From Thermoproteota archaeon (GTDB lineage: Archaea; Korarchaeota; Korarchaeia; Korarchaeales; Korarchaeaceae), in assembly GCA_027491395.1 (NCBI GenBank), contig JAOZFI010000023.1, positions 1 through 41,439 on the forward strand: a DNA stretch of 41,439 bases, written 5' to 3'. Within the stretch, counting starts at the first letter, position 1, and each line of letters starts with the position of its first letter. Below, piece by piece: positions 28,156 through 37,132 of this stretch. The notes beneath the pieces were generated by a model that made no database searches, was not told where the DNA came from, and worked only from the letters and a program-made list of their open reading frames with translations. The position numbers and the translations under genes are program-made.

Positions 28156-29049
28156 TTGGTGCAGAGGCTGGTCTTGGGTTGGAGCGCCTCTCCTGCCCTA
28201 GGACTTAGGGCTATCTCGGCGTATGAGGAGGTGGCTGTAGAGGGTGAGAGGGCTGGCAGTGCGCTAGCTAAGAAGATGGACGAGGCTGAATCTTTACTGT
28301 CTGGGATTGAGGAGGGTGGGGATAAAGATGAATCGCTCAAATCCTCACTCACTCTCATTTCCCAGCTCTTGGAAGCAGATGCTCAAGCGCGAGAGAGATG
28401 GATGTACCTCTCTTTGACCTTGGGGATGGCACTCTCGGTGGGGATAGCGGTAGCCCTCTCGCTGGGAGGAATTAGGATAGAGCCCTTCCATCTCATCCCC
28501 TTAGCCTTGGTGTACCCATTAATCCCAAGGCTTTCCCTCGAAAGGCTATCTGATGACCCGGCAGCGGCGGACTACATAGCATCGACCCTAGAGAAGGGCG
28601 GTGGCAGGATTTACGCCCTGAGGCACCTAGGTCTTTATGAACCTCTTGTAATGGATGTCGATATCAATGATGTGGAGCTACCTCCTTGGGCGAATGTACT
28701 GCGGGAGATGTCCGATAGGAGGATCCTAGCTAAGGTAATGAGAAGGACCTCTACCATGTTGAGGGAGTTCAAGCGCATAACATCGGCTTGGAGATCTCGC
28801 ATAAGGTCTATGAAGACGATATCTCTAGTGATCTCCTCCGCCATCGGTCTGTCTAACGTGGTCCTGATGAGGGTCGTCACTTCCCCCCTGCTGTACCCGA
28901 TGCAGATCCCCGAGGATCTACCCCTGACCCTCCTATTAGCTGGGCTGATCTCCACGCTAATCTCCGCTAAGCCCTTGGACGCCTCCATTGAGTCGGGTGT
29001 TGCTTACCTTTCCGCCTTCTCACTCGCATACGCACTGATTCCCCCGTAA
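28156..29049 (+). CDS. Multi-pass membrane protein, TadC/T2SS-F-like platform (by context)
   Basis: Alternating helical cytoplasmic segments and TM helices directly after the ATPase; TTG start after GAGGAG. Confidence 0.55.
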   Translation: MVQRLVLGWSASPALGLRAISAYEEVAVEGERAGSALAKKMDEAESLLSGIEEGGDKDESLKSSLTLISQLLEADAQARERWMYLSLTLGMALSVGIAVALSLGGIRIEPFHLIPLALVYPLIPRLSLERLSDDPAAADYIASTLEKGGGRIYALRHLGLYEPLVMDVDINDVELPPWANVLREMSDRRILAKVMRRTSTMLREFKRITSAWRSRIRSMKTISLVISSAIGLSNVVLMRVVTSPLLYPMQIPEDLPLTLLLAGLISTLISAKPLDASIESGVAYLSAFSLAYALIPP

Positions 29050-29060
29050 AGGTTAAATTC
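29048..29060 (+). promoter_or_regulatory. Putative BRE/TATA promoter of the smc operon
   Basis: AAAGGTTAAATT about 25-35 nt upstream of the smc ATG. Confidence 0.45.
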
Positions 29061-29082
29061 CTGACCTCTAAGACGCTGATGA

Positions 29083-31389
29083 ATGAAAGCAGCTGTCGAC
29101 GGCATCCACATGGTTAACTTCAAGTCGTTTCGAAGGGCTACGATACCTTTACCCACCGGTCTAGTGGCCATCACGGGTCCCAATGGCTCGGGTAAAAGCA
29201 ACATATTGGACGCCATAGCTTTCGTTATGGGATGGAGGGCTAGGAGGCTTAGGGCTTCCAAGATAGAGAACCTAGTCAGGAAGGGGTCTAACGCGGCGCA
29301 GGTTGGCCTATTCATAAGGAATTCCTCCGAGAAGATAAGCTTGAGCAGGGAAATCAGACCCAATGGAGAGAGCGTCTACAGGGTGAACGGGAGGAGGAGA
29401 AGCGCCACGGAGGTCATGGATCTGCTCGCGGACATGGGTTTCGTCGTCGACAGGTACACATTCGTGACTCAGGGGGACATCACTTCCATAGTGGAGATGT
29501 CTCCCAAGGAGAGGGCCAAGCTCCTAGAGGAGATAAGCGGAGTGGCTGAGTACGATGAGAAGAGGGGAAAGGCCTTAGAAGAGCTGAGAGAGGTCGATCA
29601 GTCCCTGAGAGAGATGGAGTTGCTGTTAAAGGAGAGGGAAAGGGAGTTGAGAAGAGCTGAGAAAGAGGTAAAGGTTCTTCAGGAGAGGAAAGAGTTGGAG
29701 GAGAGGTTAAGGAGGGTGAAGAAGTACCTGCTGATAGTCCAACTAGAGGAGGTCCAAGAGAAACTGGAATCCCTAGACAAGGCGTACATGGAGGAAGATT
29801 TCTCCGATATAGATTCCCTGAGGACCCAGCTCGAGGAGAGGGAGAGGGAACTTAGAAGAATTGAGGAGCTAGTGAAAGACTCCCCGGTCAGGAGGAGGAA
29901 GCATATTGAGGCGGAATTGAGGGCCCTGTCTCACCAAATAGAGACATTGGAGAGGGCTTTAGAGGCCCAAAGGGAAGCCTTAAACGCCCTAGCAAGGGTG
30001 AGAGATGTACCGGAGGTCGTCAGAGACGATCCCTCCTTTCTCGGCGTTGTATCCCAGCTGGTGACCCCCATGGAGGGCTATGAAATCCCCTATCTAGCTG
30101 TTGGGGGAGGTAGGTTGGGAGACATCGTCGTCAAAGATCTAGAGGGGGCCAAGAGGATAGCTAAGGCCTTAAGGAACGTCAAAGGCCGATTCAGGATAAT
30201 TCCTTTGGATGTCATCAGGGTAAGAGACTCACCAGAGGTAGAGGGCACCTTGGGTCCCCTTTACCGCTACCTCCGATACGATGAGGAGTTTGAGACCGTC
30301 GCTAAATTGGTCTTCAACGCGATCCTCGTGGAGGACTTGGATATCATCACTAAGGATCTCATTGGCAGGGCTAGATTCGTGACACTGAAGGGGGAGATCG
30401 TGGAGAGAGAGGGGAGCCTCCTAGCTGGGAAGCCGGAGAGGGACATTGAGAGGGTTAACAAGCTGAGGGAAGAGGTGGAGAGGATCGAAGAGGAGTTAAA
30501 GAATCTCAAGAAGGATGCCGCCAGTAAGAGGGAGGAGTTGGAGGGTCTACCTAAAGAGGATCCCAATCTGGAGGTCTTAGAGGACCTCAGGAGGGAGGTG
30601 TCAATGCTCAGGAGGGCCTACCAAGAGGCTCTCAACAGGAGACAGATTTACCTCTCCAAGCTGGAAGAGATAAGCGAGGAGAAGGGTAGGCTCAAGGAGA
30701 AGATGAAGGTACTTGAATCCGAGTTGATGAAATTAGCTCAAGTGGAACCGCTCTCTGTCCCTGATCCGTTCTCCGAAGTGGCCTCCATACAAACTAGGCT
30801 GAGGCTCATGGGACCCGTGAATCCCAAGGCACAAGAAGATTACGAGATTCGGAGGAGGGCTTTCGATGAAATCAGGGCGAAGTATCATGAGTTCGCCGAG
30901 AGGAAGAGGGACATAGAAGAGCTCATCGAGAGACTTGACAGGGAAAGGAAAGGCATTATAGAAGAGACGCTTCGGAGGTTGTCGGAGGCTTTCGATGAGC
31001 AGATAAAGCTGCTCTTCGAGGGAGGTGGTGGGGAGCTCAGGCTCACGGAGAAGGGACTTGAGATGAGGGTAAGTCTTCCCAACAAGAAGCCGGTCACTAT
31101 AGATTCCCTTTCCGGAGGGGAGAAATCTCTCAGCGCTTTGGCATTCATTCTCGCAGCCCAAAAGCTCAGACCTTCCTCCCTCTACGTGTTCGATGAGGCT
31201 GATGCTATGCTGGATGGTGTGAACTGTAAGAGGTATGCTAGAGCTCTCAAGGACCTGTCTAAAAGGGCTCAAGTCATAGCGATCTCCCTGAAGAAAGAGA
31301 CACTGGAGGAGGCCGATCACCTGATAGGGGTGACCATGAGGAACGGTGAGTCGAAGATCGTGACTGTAACAAAGGAGGCTGCCTCATGA
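29083..31389 (+). CDS. smc: Chromosome segregation ATPase Smc (unusually short, 768 aa)
   Basis: NFKSF, GPNGSGKSN, Q-loop VTQGDI, hinge (GRFRIIPLD; GEIVEREGSLLAG), MGPVNPKA, LSGGEKS and FDEADAMLD. Confidence 0.92.
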   Translation: MKAAVDGIHMVNFKSFRRATIPLPTGLVAITGPNGSGKSNILDAIAFVMGWRARRLRASKIENLVRKGSNAAQVGLFIRNSSEKISLSREIRPNGESVYRVNGRRRSATEVMDLLADMGFVVDRYTFVTQGDITSIVEMSPKERAKLLEEISGVAEYDEKRGKALEELREVDQSLREMELLLKERERELRRAEKEVKVLQERKELEERLRRVKKYLLIVQLEEVQEKLESLDKAYMEEDFSDIDSLRTQLEERERELRRIEELVKDSPVRRRKHIEAELRALSHQIETLERALEAQREALNALARVRDVPEVVRDDPSFLGVVSQLVTPMEGYEIPYLAVGGGRLGDIVVKDLEGAKRIAKALRNVKGRFRIIPLDVIRVRDSPEVEGTLGPLYRYLRYDEEFETVAKLVFNAILVEDLDIITKDLIGRARFVTLKGEIVEREGSLLAGKPERDIERVNKLREEVERIEEELKNLKKDAASKREELEGLPKEDPNLEVLEDLRREVSMLRRAYQEALNRRQIYLSKLEEISEEKGRLKEKMKVLESELMKLAQVEPLSVPDPFSEVASIQTRLRLMGPVNPKAQEDYEIRRRAFDEIRAKYHEFAERKRDIEELIERLDRERKGIIEETLRRLSEAFDEQIKLLFEGGGGELRLTEKGLEMRVSLPNKKPVTIDSLSGGEKSLSALAFILAAQKLRPSSLYVFDEADAMLDGVNCKRYARALKDLSKRAQVIAISLKKETLEEADHLIGVTMRNGESKIVTVTKEAAS

Positions 31390-31910
31390 GGCCAGAAGAA
31401 GTATGGAAGGAGTTTTTAGAGACGAGAGACATAGCTAGAGCGGGTAGGAGGATCTTCCATCTCGCCAAGGAACTCAGGGAGGATGTGATAGGGTACCTCA
31501 GGCCACCCGAGGAGAGCGCCGAGAGGATTTACAAGCCGAGAAGGTTGGAGAGGGGAGTGATAGTGCCTAAAACTTGGAGGGCTCCTAAGAGGTATCCCAT
31601 CAAGGGGGAAATACTCGAGGCCTTCAGATGGGTCGAGAGGAAGATAAGAAGAATGGCCAGTTCCCTTAGCCTCTCCCTGATCACGAAGTGGGATTTAGTT
31701 AGTGAAATCAAAAAGTTGAAGGAGAGGATAATTTCCCTGAGGAGAGGGGGTAAAAAGGTGGTCCCCCTAGGGATGCTCGTTAACTCCTCAGAGGAGCTGG
31801 TCCCAACGCTCATATCGTTACTCTTCATGGAAAAGGACGGAGAAGTGGAGCTCGTTCAGGAGAGGCCCTTCGATGAGATCTACGTGGTGCTGTCAAATGA
31901 AAGGACCTGA
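31386..31910 (+). CDS. scpA: Kleisin ScpA (short)
   Basis: C-terminal winged helix LVPTLISLLFMEKDGEVELVQERPFDEIYV; lies between smc and scpB. Confidence 0.75.
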   Translation: MRPEEVWKEFLETRDIARAGRRIFHLAKELREDVIGYLRPPEESAERIYKPRRLERGVIVPKTWRAPKRYPIKGEILEAFRWVERKIRRMASSLSLSLITKWDLVSEIKKLKERIISLRRGGKKVVPLGMLVNSSEELVPTLISLLFMEKDGEVELVQERPFDEIYVVLSNERT

Positions 31911-32400
31911 ATCGTGGGAGAGGGCGAAGAAGCTACTGGAGGCGGCTCTATTCGCATCAGGGGATGTGATATCAGAGGGTGAGATAAAGAGGCTGACGGG
32001 CCTGTCCGGACCAGCTGTTGAGAAGGCTATCGCGGAGATCAATGAGGAACTGAAGGATCACCCATTCTGGGTGGAGAGAGTGGAGGGAGGTTGGATAATG
32101 ATCCTCAGGAGGGAATACGAGGAACATGTAGCTCACCTCTTCCCTCAGAGACTGCTCTCCAAATCTGAAATGAGGACCTTGGCTCTGATAGCTGCCAACG
32201 AACCGGTGAGCCTGAGCGAGGTGGTGCGCGTCAGGGGAAGAAATGCTAGGGATCACTTGAGGAGGCTCATCCAGCTGGGCCTGATAAAGGAGGCTAAGGA
32301 AGGCAGGAAGAGGACCTACCGCACCACTAAAAAGTTCTCCCTCCTCTTCAGGCTGGAGAGGTCGGATAAGGGTGGAAGTAAGCGGGCTGCTGGAGACTGA
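31897..32400 (+). CDS. scpB: SMC-Scp complex subunit ScpB
   Basis: Motifs LLEAALFASG, LSKSEMRTLALIAANEPV, VRG and YRTTKKF. Confidence 0.88.
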   Translation: MKGPESWERAKKLLEAALFASGDVISEGEIKRLTGLSGPAVEKAIAEINEELKDHPFWVERVEGGWIMILRREYEEHVAHLFPQRLLSKSEMRTLALIAANEPVSLSEVVRVRGRNARDHLRRLIQLGLIKEAKEGRKRTYRTTKKFSLLFRLERSDKGGSKRAAGD

Positions 32401-33286
32401 GGTGGCTGGCCTCAGGCTGAGGAATCCGCTGATCCTTGCATCTGGTGTGCTGGGAAATGCAGCCTCCCTGCTCAGGAGGGCGGAAGAGGCAGGTGCTGGC
32501 GCCGTGACGACCAAGACCATCCTGCCAGAGCCTACGAGAGGTTACGACAATCCCGTGGTCGTTGAGCTTCCTTTCGGGTTAATTAACGCTATGGGACTCC
32601 CAAATCCTGGAGTTGACGAGTTCGAGAGGGAGCTGAGGGAGGCCAAGTCCCACCTGACCATTCCCGTCATCGCGAGCGCCGGCGGGGGGAGTCCCGAGGA
32701 GGTAGCTCACGTCGCTGGGAGGCTCCAAGATGCTGGGGCCGATGCTATAGAGATAAACGCCTCCTGTCCTCACGTTAGAGAGCACGGGTTGGAAATTGGT
32801 TCCTCCCCAGAGCTCATTGAGGAGCTGGTGAGGGAGGTCAGGAGAGGTGTGAAGATCCCCCTCTTGGTGAAGCTCACCCCCATGGTTCCGGACATAGCCT
32901 CCCTCGCTAAGGCAGCCATCAATGCTGGGGCTGATGGGCTCACCGCCATCAACACCGTGAGAGCCACGTACATAGATGTGGAGGCCATGTCTCCAGTACT
33001 CTCTAACAGGGTGGGGGGGCTGAGCGGGCCGGCGATAAGGCCCATCGCAGTCCGAGCCGTGTACGAGATAGCTCACCTAGGAGATGTGATAGGTACTGGA
33101 GGGGTTGAGACTTGGAGGGATGCGGCTGAGATGTTGCTGGCAGGTGCGAAGGCTGTAGGAGTGGGTACTGCCGTGATGACCAAGGGATTGGAGGTCTTCA
33201 GAGAGATAAGTGAGGGCCTCTCATCATACCTCAGCAGGAAGGGGATGACGGTCAAGGAGCTCATAGGGAGGGGACGCGATTGTTAA
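32372..33286 (+). CDS. pyrD: Dihydroorotate dehydrogenase (family 1)
   Basis: Motifs LRNPLILASG, INAMGLPNPG, EINASCPH, VKLTP, AINT and GGLSGPAIRP. Confidence 0.92.
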   Translation: MEVSGLLETEVAGLRLRNPLILASGVLGNAASLLRRAEEAGAGAVTTKTILPEPTRGYDNPVVVELPFGLINAMGLPNPGVDEFERELREAKSHLTIPVIASAGGGSPEEVAHVAGRLQDAGADAIEINASCPHVREHGLEIGSSPELIEELVREVRRGVKIPLLVKLTPMVPDIASLAKAAINAGADGLTAINTVRATYIDVEAMSPVLSNRVGGLSGPAIRPIAVRAVYEIAHLGDVIGTGGVETWRDAAEMLLAGAKAVGVGTAVMTKGLEVFREISEGLSSYLSRKGMTVKELIGRGRDC

Positions 33287-34131
33287 GCTTCAGATTGATC
33301 GCGTTCGACAGCATGGGAGTCAGGAGCATGGCCACAGTCGTGGAGACCAAGGATGTGAAGATTTTCATAGACCCCAGCGTGGCCCTCGCCCCTAGGAGGT
33401 TCGGCCTACCCCCTCACGACAGGGAAGTGGAGAGGATGTATGAGCTAGCTAAGGTAATAGAGGAAGAGGCGTTGGATTCCGATGTCATCGTCGTTACCCA
33501 CTACCACTACGACCACTTCGATCTGGGTCACAAGGTCTCCCTGAAGGTTTACGAAGGGAAGGATGTGCTGATCAAACATCCAAAAGAGAACATCAACAGG
33601 AGCCAGCGGGTGGAGAGGGCCCCTCTCTTCCTCAAGAGCATAGAGGGGCTTCCCAACAAGATAGAGTTCGCTGATGGGAGGGAGTTCAGGTTCGGATCCA
33701 CGACCATCAGGTTCTCCGAGGCGGTTCCCCACGGTACTAACACCAAATTGGGGTACGTTATAGAGTTCCTCGTGGAGAGCGAGGGCGAGAGGTTCCTCTT
33801 CTCCTCTGACGTGGAGGGTCCCTCCTTGGATGAGCAGGTGAAGTTCATGGAGGAGGCTGATCCTCATGTCGCCGTGATCGACGGGCCGATGACCTACATG
33901 CTCGGCTTCAGGTACTCCCAGGAGAGCCTCAGAGCTTCGGAGGAGAACCTGAGGAGAATACTAGATCTCCCATCCTTGGAGCTGCTGGTACTGGATCACC
34001 ACCTCTGCAGGGAGCTAGAGTTCAGGGAGAGATTGCCCTCGATATCTAACATGTTTAAGACAGCAGCGGAGGCCTCGGGCGGGAGGAACGAATTGCTAGA
34101 GGCTATGAGAAGGGAGCTCTACGGGAGGTAA
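33280..34131 (+). CDS. Metallo-beta-lactamase-fold hydrolase (UPF0282-like)
   Basis: Motifs DSMGVRSMA, IDPSVALAPRRFGLPPH, THYHYDH and DHHLCR. Confidence 0.85.
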   Translation: MLSFRLIAFDSMGVRSMATVVETKDVKIFIDPSVALAPRRFGLPPHDREVERMYELAKVIEEEALDSDVIVVTHYHYDHFDLGHKVSLKVYEGKDVLIKHPKENINRSQRVERAPLFLKSIEGLPNKIEFADGREFRFGSTTIRFSEAVPHGTNTKLGYVIEFLVESEGERFLFSSDVEGPSLDEQVKFMEEADPHVAVIDGPMTYMLGFRYSQESLRASEENLRRILDLPSLELLVLDHHLCRELEFRERLPSISNMFKTAAEASGGRNELLEAMRRELYGR

Positions 34132-34135
34132 GCAG

Positions 34136-36334
34136 GTGGTCGATCCCGCTAGTATAGTGGAGGAAGCAATCACCACTAGTGAGAGGAGACTTATAACGAT
34201 CTCCGGGGAGGATTCCTTGGAGAAAGCCTCAGAGATAGCTAAGGAGTGGCTCTCCAAGCGTGGTGGGGGGAAGATCCTCCTAGCTACACACAGGGGCATT
34301 GGTGCTGAGAGGGTGGATCTGGATGAGGGGAGTCTCACCTCCATAGATTTCGATCAGACGGGCGACGTATTGGGAGGGACTTGGGATGTCCTGATAGCCG
34401 ATTTCTCCAAGCAGTTTCGGGCTAACGATTTGGGAAGACTGGTGGAGGTTGTCAGGGGAGGGGGGCTTGTACTGTTCGCCATCCCTCCGGCTGAGGAATG
34501 GCTCTCAACTCTTACGGAGTTCCAGAAGAGGTTTATAGTTCCTCCCTTCGAGGAGAAGGGTGTGAGACAGCTCTTCAAGGCCAGATTCCTCTCCTTTCTG
34601 GGGAGACCTGGTACCTTCCTGCTAGGTGAGGAGGTGCGGGGGCGGCTCGTTGGTAAGGTCTCTCGGAACAGGAAACCTCCGGAGAGAACGGGCGATCCCG
34701 TGATGGATCTTTGCGCTACTCTAGACCAGCAGAGAGTCTTTTCTTCCTTGATACAGGCTGTCAATGAGAGAAAGAGGGCGTTCATACTGACAGCCAACAG
34801 GGGAAGGGGCAAGTCCGCCGTTATAGGGATCGCGCTCGCCCACATACTCACGAAGACGAAGATCAAGAGGGCAGTAGTGACTTCCCCGAGTCTGGAGGGT
34901 ATTCAGACGCTCTTCGAGTTCCTGATGAAGGGCTTGGACAACTTGGGGGTCAAGTACGAGCCCTTGGTCAGAAACGGACATGTCATAGATGTGAAGTTCG
35001 GGGGACGAAACGTCTTCTTCCTCACCCCTGACAGCGCCGCCGAGGTCTCAGTCAAGTTGAAGGTGGTGGACGAGGCCGCTGCCATTCCCATATCTACCCT
35101 CTTCAGGGTCCTCCACACCAGCAGATTCGCAATCTTCTCGAGCACGGTGCACGGTTACGAGGGGGCTGGGAGGGGATTCACCTTGAGGTTTCTCAAGAGA
35201 GTGAGGAACTCCAATCTGCCGTACGCGGAGGAGAGGATGGAGGAACCCATAAGGTACCCACCTGGTGATCCGGTCGAGGCGTGGCTATACGACTTCCTCC
35301 TCCTCAATGCGGAGCCAGGTGACCCTCCAAGTGGTTCCCCTGAGGAAGCCATTTACGAGGGATTGGACCTGTCGAAGGCGGGTGAGGACTTCCTCCGGAA
35401 GTTCTACGGGATTTACGTGCTGGCTCACTACAGGAACAGGCCCAACGACCTCGCGACACTCTTGGACGCCCCTCATCACTTCGCCCGGGTCCTTAAGCTT
35501 GGGGGAGAACCCATCGTCAGCCTGCACATAGCGGAGGAGGGTGGTTTGCCCAACAGCGTCTTGGAGGAGATGATGAGGGGTCAGAGGGATATACCGGGCC
35601 ACATGATCCCGTCTAGGGTTGTGCTTCACTACGACTTCAAGTCCTTCGGCAGGTTGAGGGGCTGGAGGATTGTGAGGATAGCCACCCATCCGGACCTCCA
35701 AGGGATGGGGTTCGGGACCCGGGCCTTAGAGGAGGTGGAATCAGAGGCTGAGATCAAGGGGATCGACTGGGTGGGGGCTGGTTTCGGAGCCACGGACGAT
35801 TTGCTGAGGTTCTGGGTGAGGAACGGCTACATGCCCGTCCACATAAGTCCTAGAAGGAATCATGTCACTGGAGAGTATAGTGTACTAGTGGTGAAGCCTC
35901 TGAGCGGGAAGGCGAAGAACTTGCTTGGGGAGGTGGTTAAGGAGTTCAAGAGGCGCCTGCTCAACAGCCTCCACGACGTTTACTTCCCCCTCAATCCGCT
36001 AGTTGCAAGGCACCTCCTCAAAACCCCTATAAGGTCTGGAAAATTGAAGCTCAGTCAGTCCCAGAGGAGCAGGCTTCTTGGCTTCGTGAAAGGGACTTAC
36101 ATCTACGAGTTAGCGTCTGATGCGATATACGAGGTGGCCAAGTACTATTTCTGGCTCGGGAAGGAATGCTTAACCCCGTTGGAGGATTCAGTGCTCATCG
36201 CTAAGGTCCTTCAGGGGAAGGGATGGGAGATGGTCAAGTCAAGGTTCGGCCTAAAGGTGGACCCATACGAGCTGTTCAGGGAGCTGATTAGGAACCTTCT
36301 AACCTGTCTGAATGGCCTTAGCGACCAAACTTAG
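34136..36334 (+). CDS. tmcA: tRNA(Met)/RNA cytidine acetyltransferase TmcA (Nat10 family)
   Basis: Motifs TANRGRGKSA, VDEAAAIP, STVHGYEGAGRGF, AHYRNRPNDL and RIVRIATHP..QGMGFG. Confidence 0.93.
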   Translation: MVDPASIVEEAITTSERRLITISGEDSLEKASEIAKEWLSKRGGGKILLATHRGIGAERVDLDEGSLTSIDFDQTGDVLGGTWDVLIADFSKQFRANDLGRLVEVVRGGGLVLFAIPPAEEWLSTLTEFQKRFIVPPFEEKGVRQLFKARFLSFLGRPGTFLLGEEVRGRLVGKVSRNRKPPERTGDPVMDLCATLDQQRVFSSLIQAVNERKRAFILTANRGRGKSAVIGIALAHILTKTKIKRAVVTSPSLEGIQTLFEFLMKGLDNLGVKYEPLVRNGHVIDVKFGGRNVFFLTPDSAAEVSVKLKVVDEAAAIPISTLFRVLHTSRFAIFSSTVHGYEGAGRGFTLRFLKRVRNSNLPYAEERMEEPIRYPPGDPVEAWLYDFLLLNAEPGDPPSGSPEEAIYEGLDLSKAGEDFLRKFYGIYVLAHYRNRPNDLATLLDAPHHFARVLKLGGEPIVSLHIAEEGGLPNSVLEEMMRGQRDIPGHMIPSRVVLHYDFKSFGRLRGWRIVRIATHPDLQGMGFGTRALEEVESEAEIKGIDWVGAGFGATDDLLRFWVRNGYMPVHISPRRNHVTGEYSVLVVKPLSGKAKNLLGEVVKEFKRRLLNSLHDVYFPLNPLVARHLLKTPIRSGKLKLSQSQRSRLLGFVKGTYIYELASDAIYEVAKYYFWLGKECLTPLEDSVLIAKVLQGKGWEMVKSRFGLKVDPYELFRELIRNLLTCLNGLSDQT

Positions 36335-37117
36335 GTGGGTACATGGGGGGATGAACTTTTCCATCCTCCTTATGTCTCCGTATATCGAGTCGACACCCCA
36401 GCCAGCCCTCTTGAGTATCTCAGCTAGCTCCGTGGGCGTGTAGACCCTCATCTCCGTGTTGACCTCAAGCTCCTTGGTTAGGTTGCCCTCTCCGTCGTCC
36501 CTCAGGATTATCCACTTGGACGTAAGTCTAGACCACAGCGGGTCGAACTTCCTCTCTTCCATGAGAACGAGGGATCCGTACCTCTGGAACGTCTTGTTAC
36601 AGTACCTCCAGTCTGGGGTCTCCCTGTGAAGGGTGTTTGCTATTATCAGGGTGGCTCCATCCTTCGCTAGGGATCTGAGCTTCCTCAATATCTCCTCGTC
36701 GGTTGTGCCGTCGTAGTAGCCCAGCGACGTGGAAACTATTATGACGGCGTCGAACTCCTCGCCCTTCAATACCTCGTCGATCATCCTAGCATCGGAGACA
36801 ACGAACCTGGTCCTCTCGGAGACCCTGTATCTCTCAGCCTTCTGCTTGGCGTCCTCTATGAAGGGGAGGGAGATATCAACCCCCACAACCTCGTAACCCT
36901 CCATGGCTAGGGGGATGGCCACCCTTCCGTTACCACAGAAGGCATCTAGGACCTTTCCGGAGTCCAAGCCGTTCTCCCTGAGGATTCTGGCTATTGACTT
37001 CGCTATCTGCTCTCCCTCAGACCAGGTCCCATTCATGACCTCGATGTAGAGATCGGCCCTCTCCACGAAAACTCTCTGTACCCAGCTCAGTCTGGCCACC
37101 CATCTTACTGGGGGCAT
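36299..37117 (-). CDS. Class I SAM-dependent methyltransferase
   Basis: Motifs VLDAFCGNGR, GVDIS, FVVSDAR, FDAV and RVYTPTEL. Confidence 0.88.
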   Translation of the reverse strand: MPPVRWVARLSWVQRVFVERADLYIEVMNGTWSEGEQIAKSIARILRENGLDSGKVLDAFCGNGRVAIPLAMEGYEVVGVDISLPFIEDAKQKAERYRVSERTRFVVSDARMIDEVLKGEEFDAVIIVSTSLGYYDGTTDEEILRKLRSLAKDGATLIIANTLHRETPDWRYCNKTFQRYGSLVLMEERKFDPLWSRLTSKWIILRDDGEGNLTKELEVNTEMRVYTPTELAEILKRAGWGVDSIYGDIRRMEKFIPPCTHLSLVAKAIQTG

Positions 37118-37132
37118 GAAGCTAATAAATGG

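Noticed and set aside
29083-32400. Wadjet/MksBEFG defence system, or Rad50/ClsN interpretation of the short SMC
   Set aside because: Canonical Smc hinge and GPVN motif with ScpA/ScpB partners; no JetD/MksG Toprim nuclease, no zinc-hook CxxC and no Mre11 neighbour.
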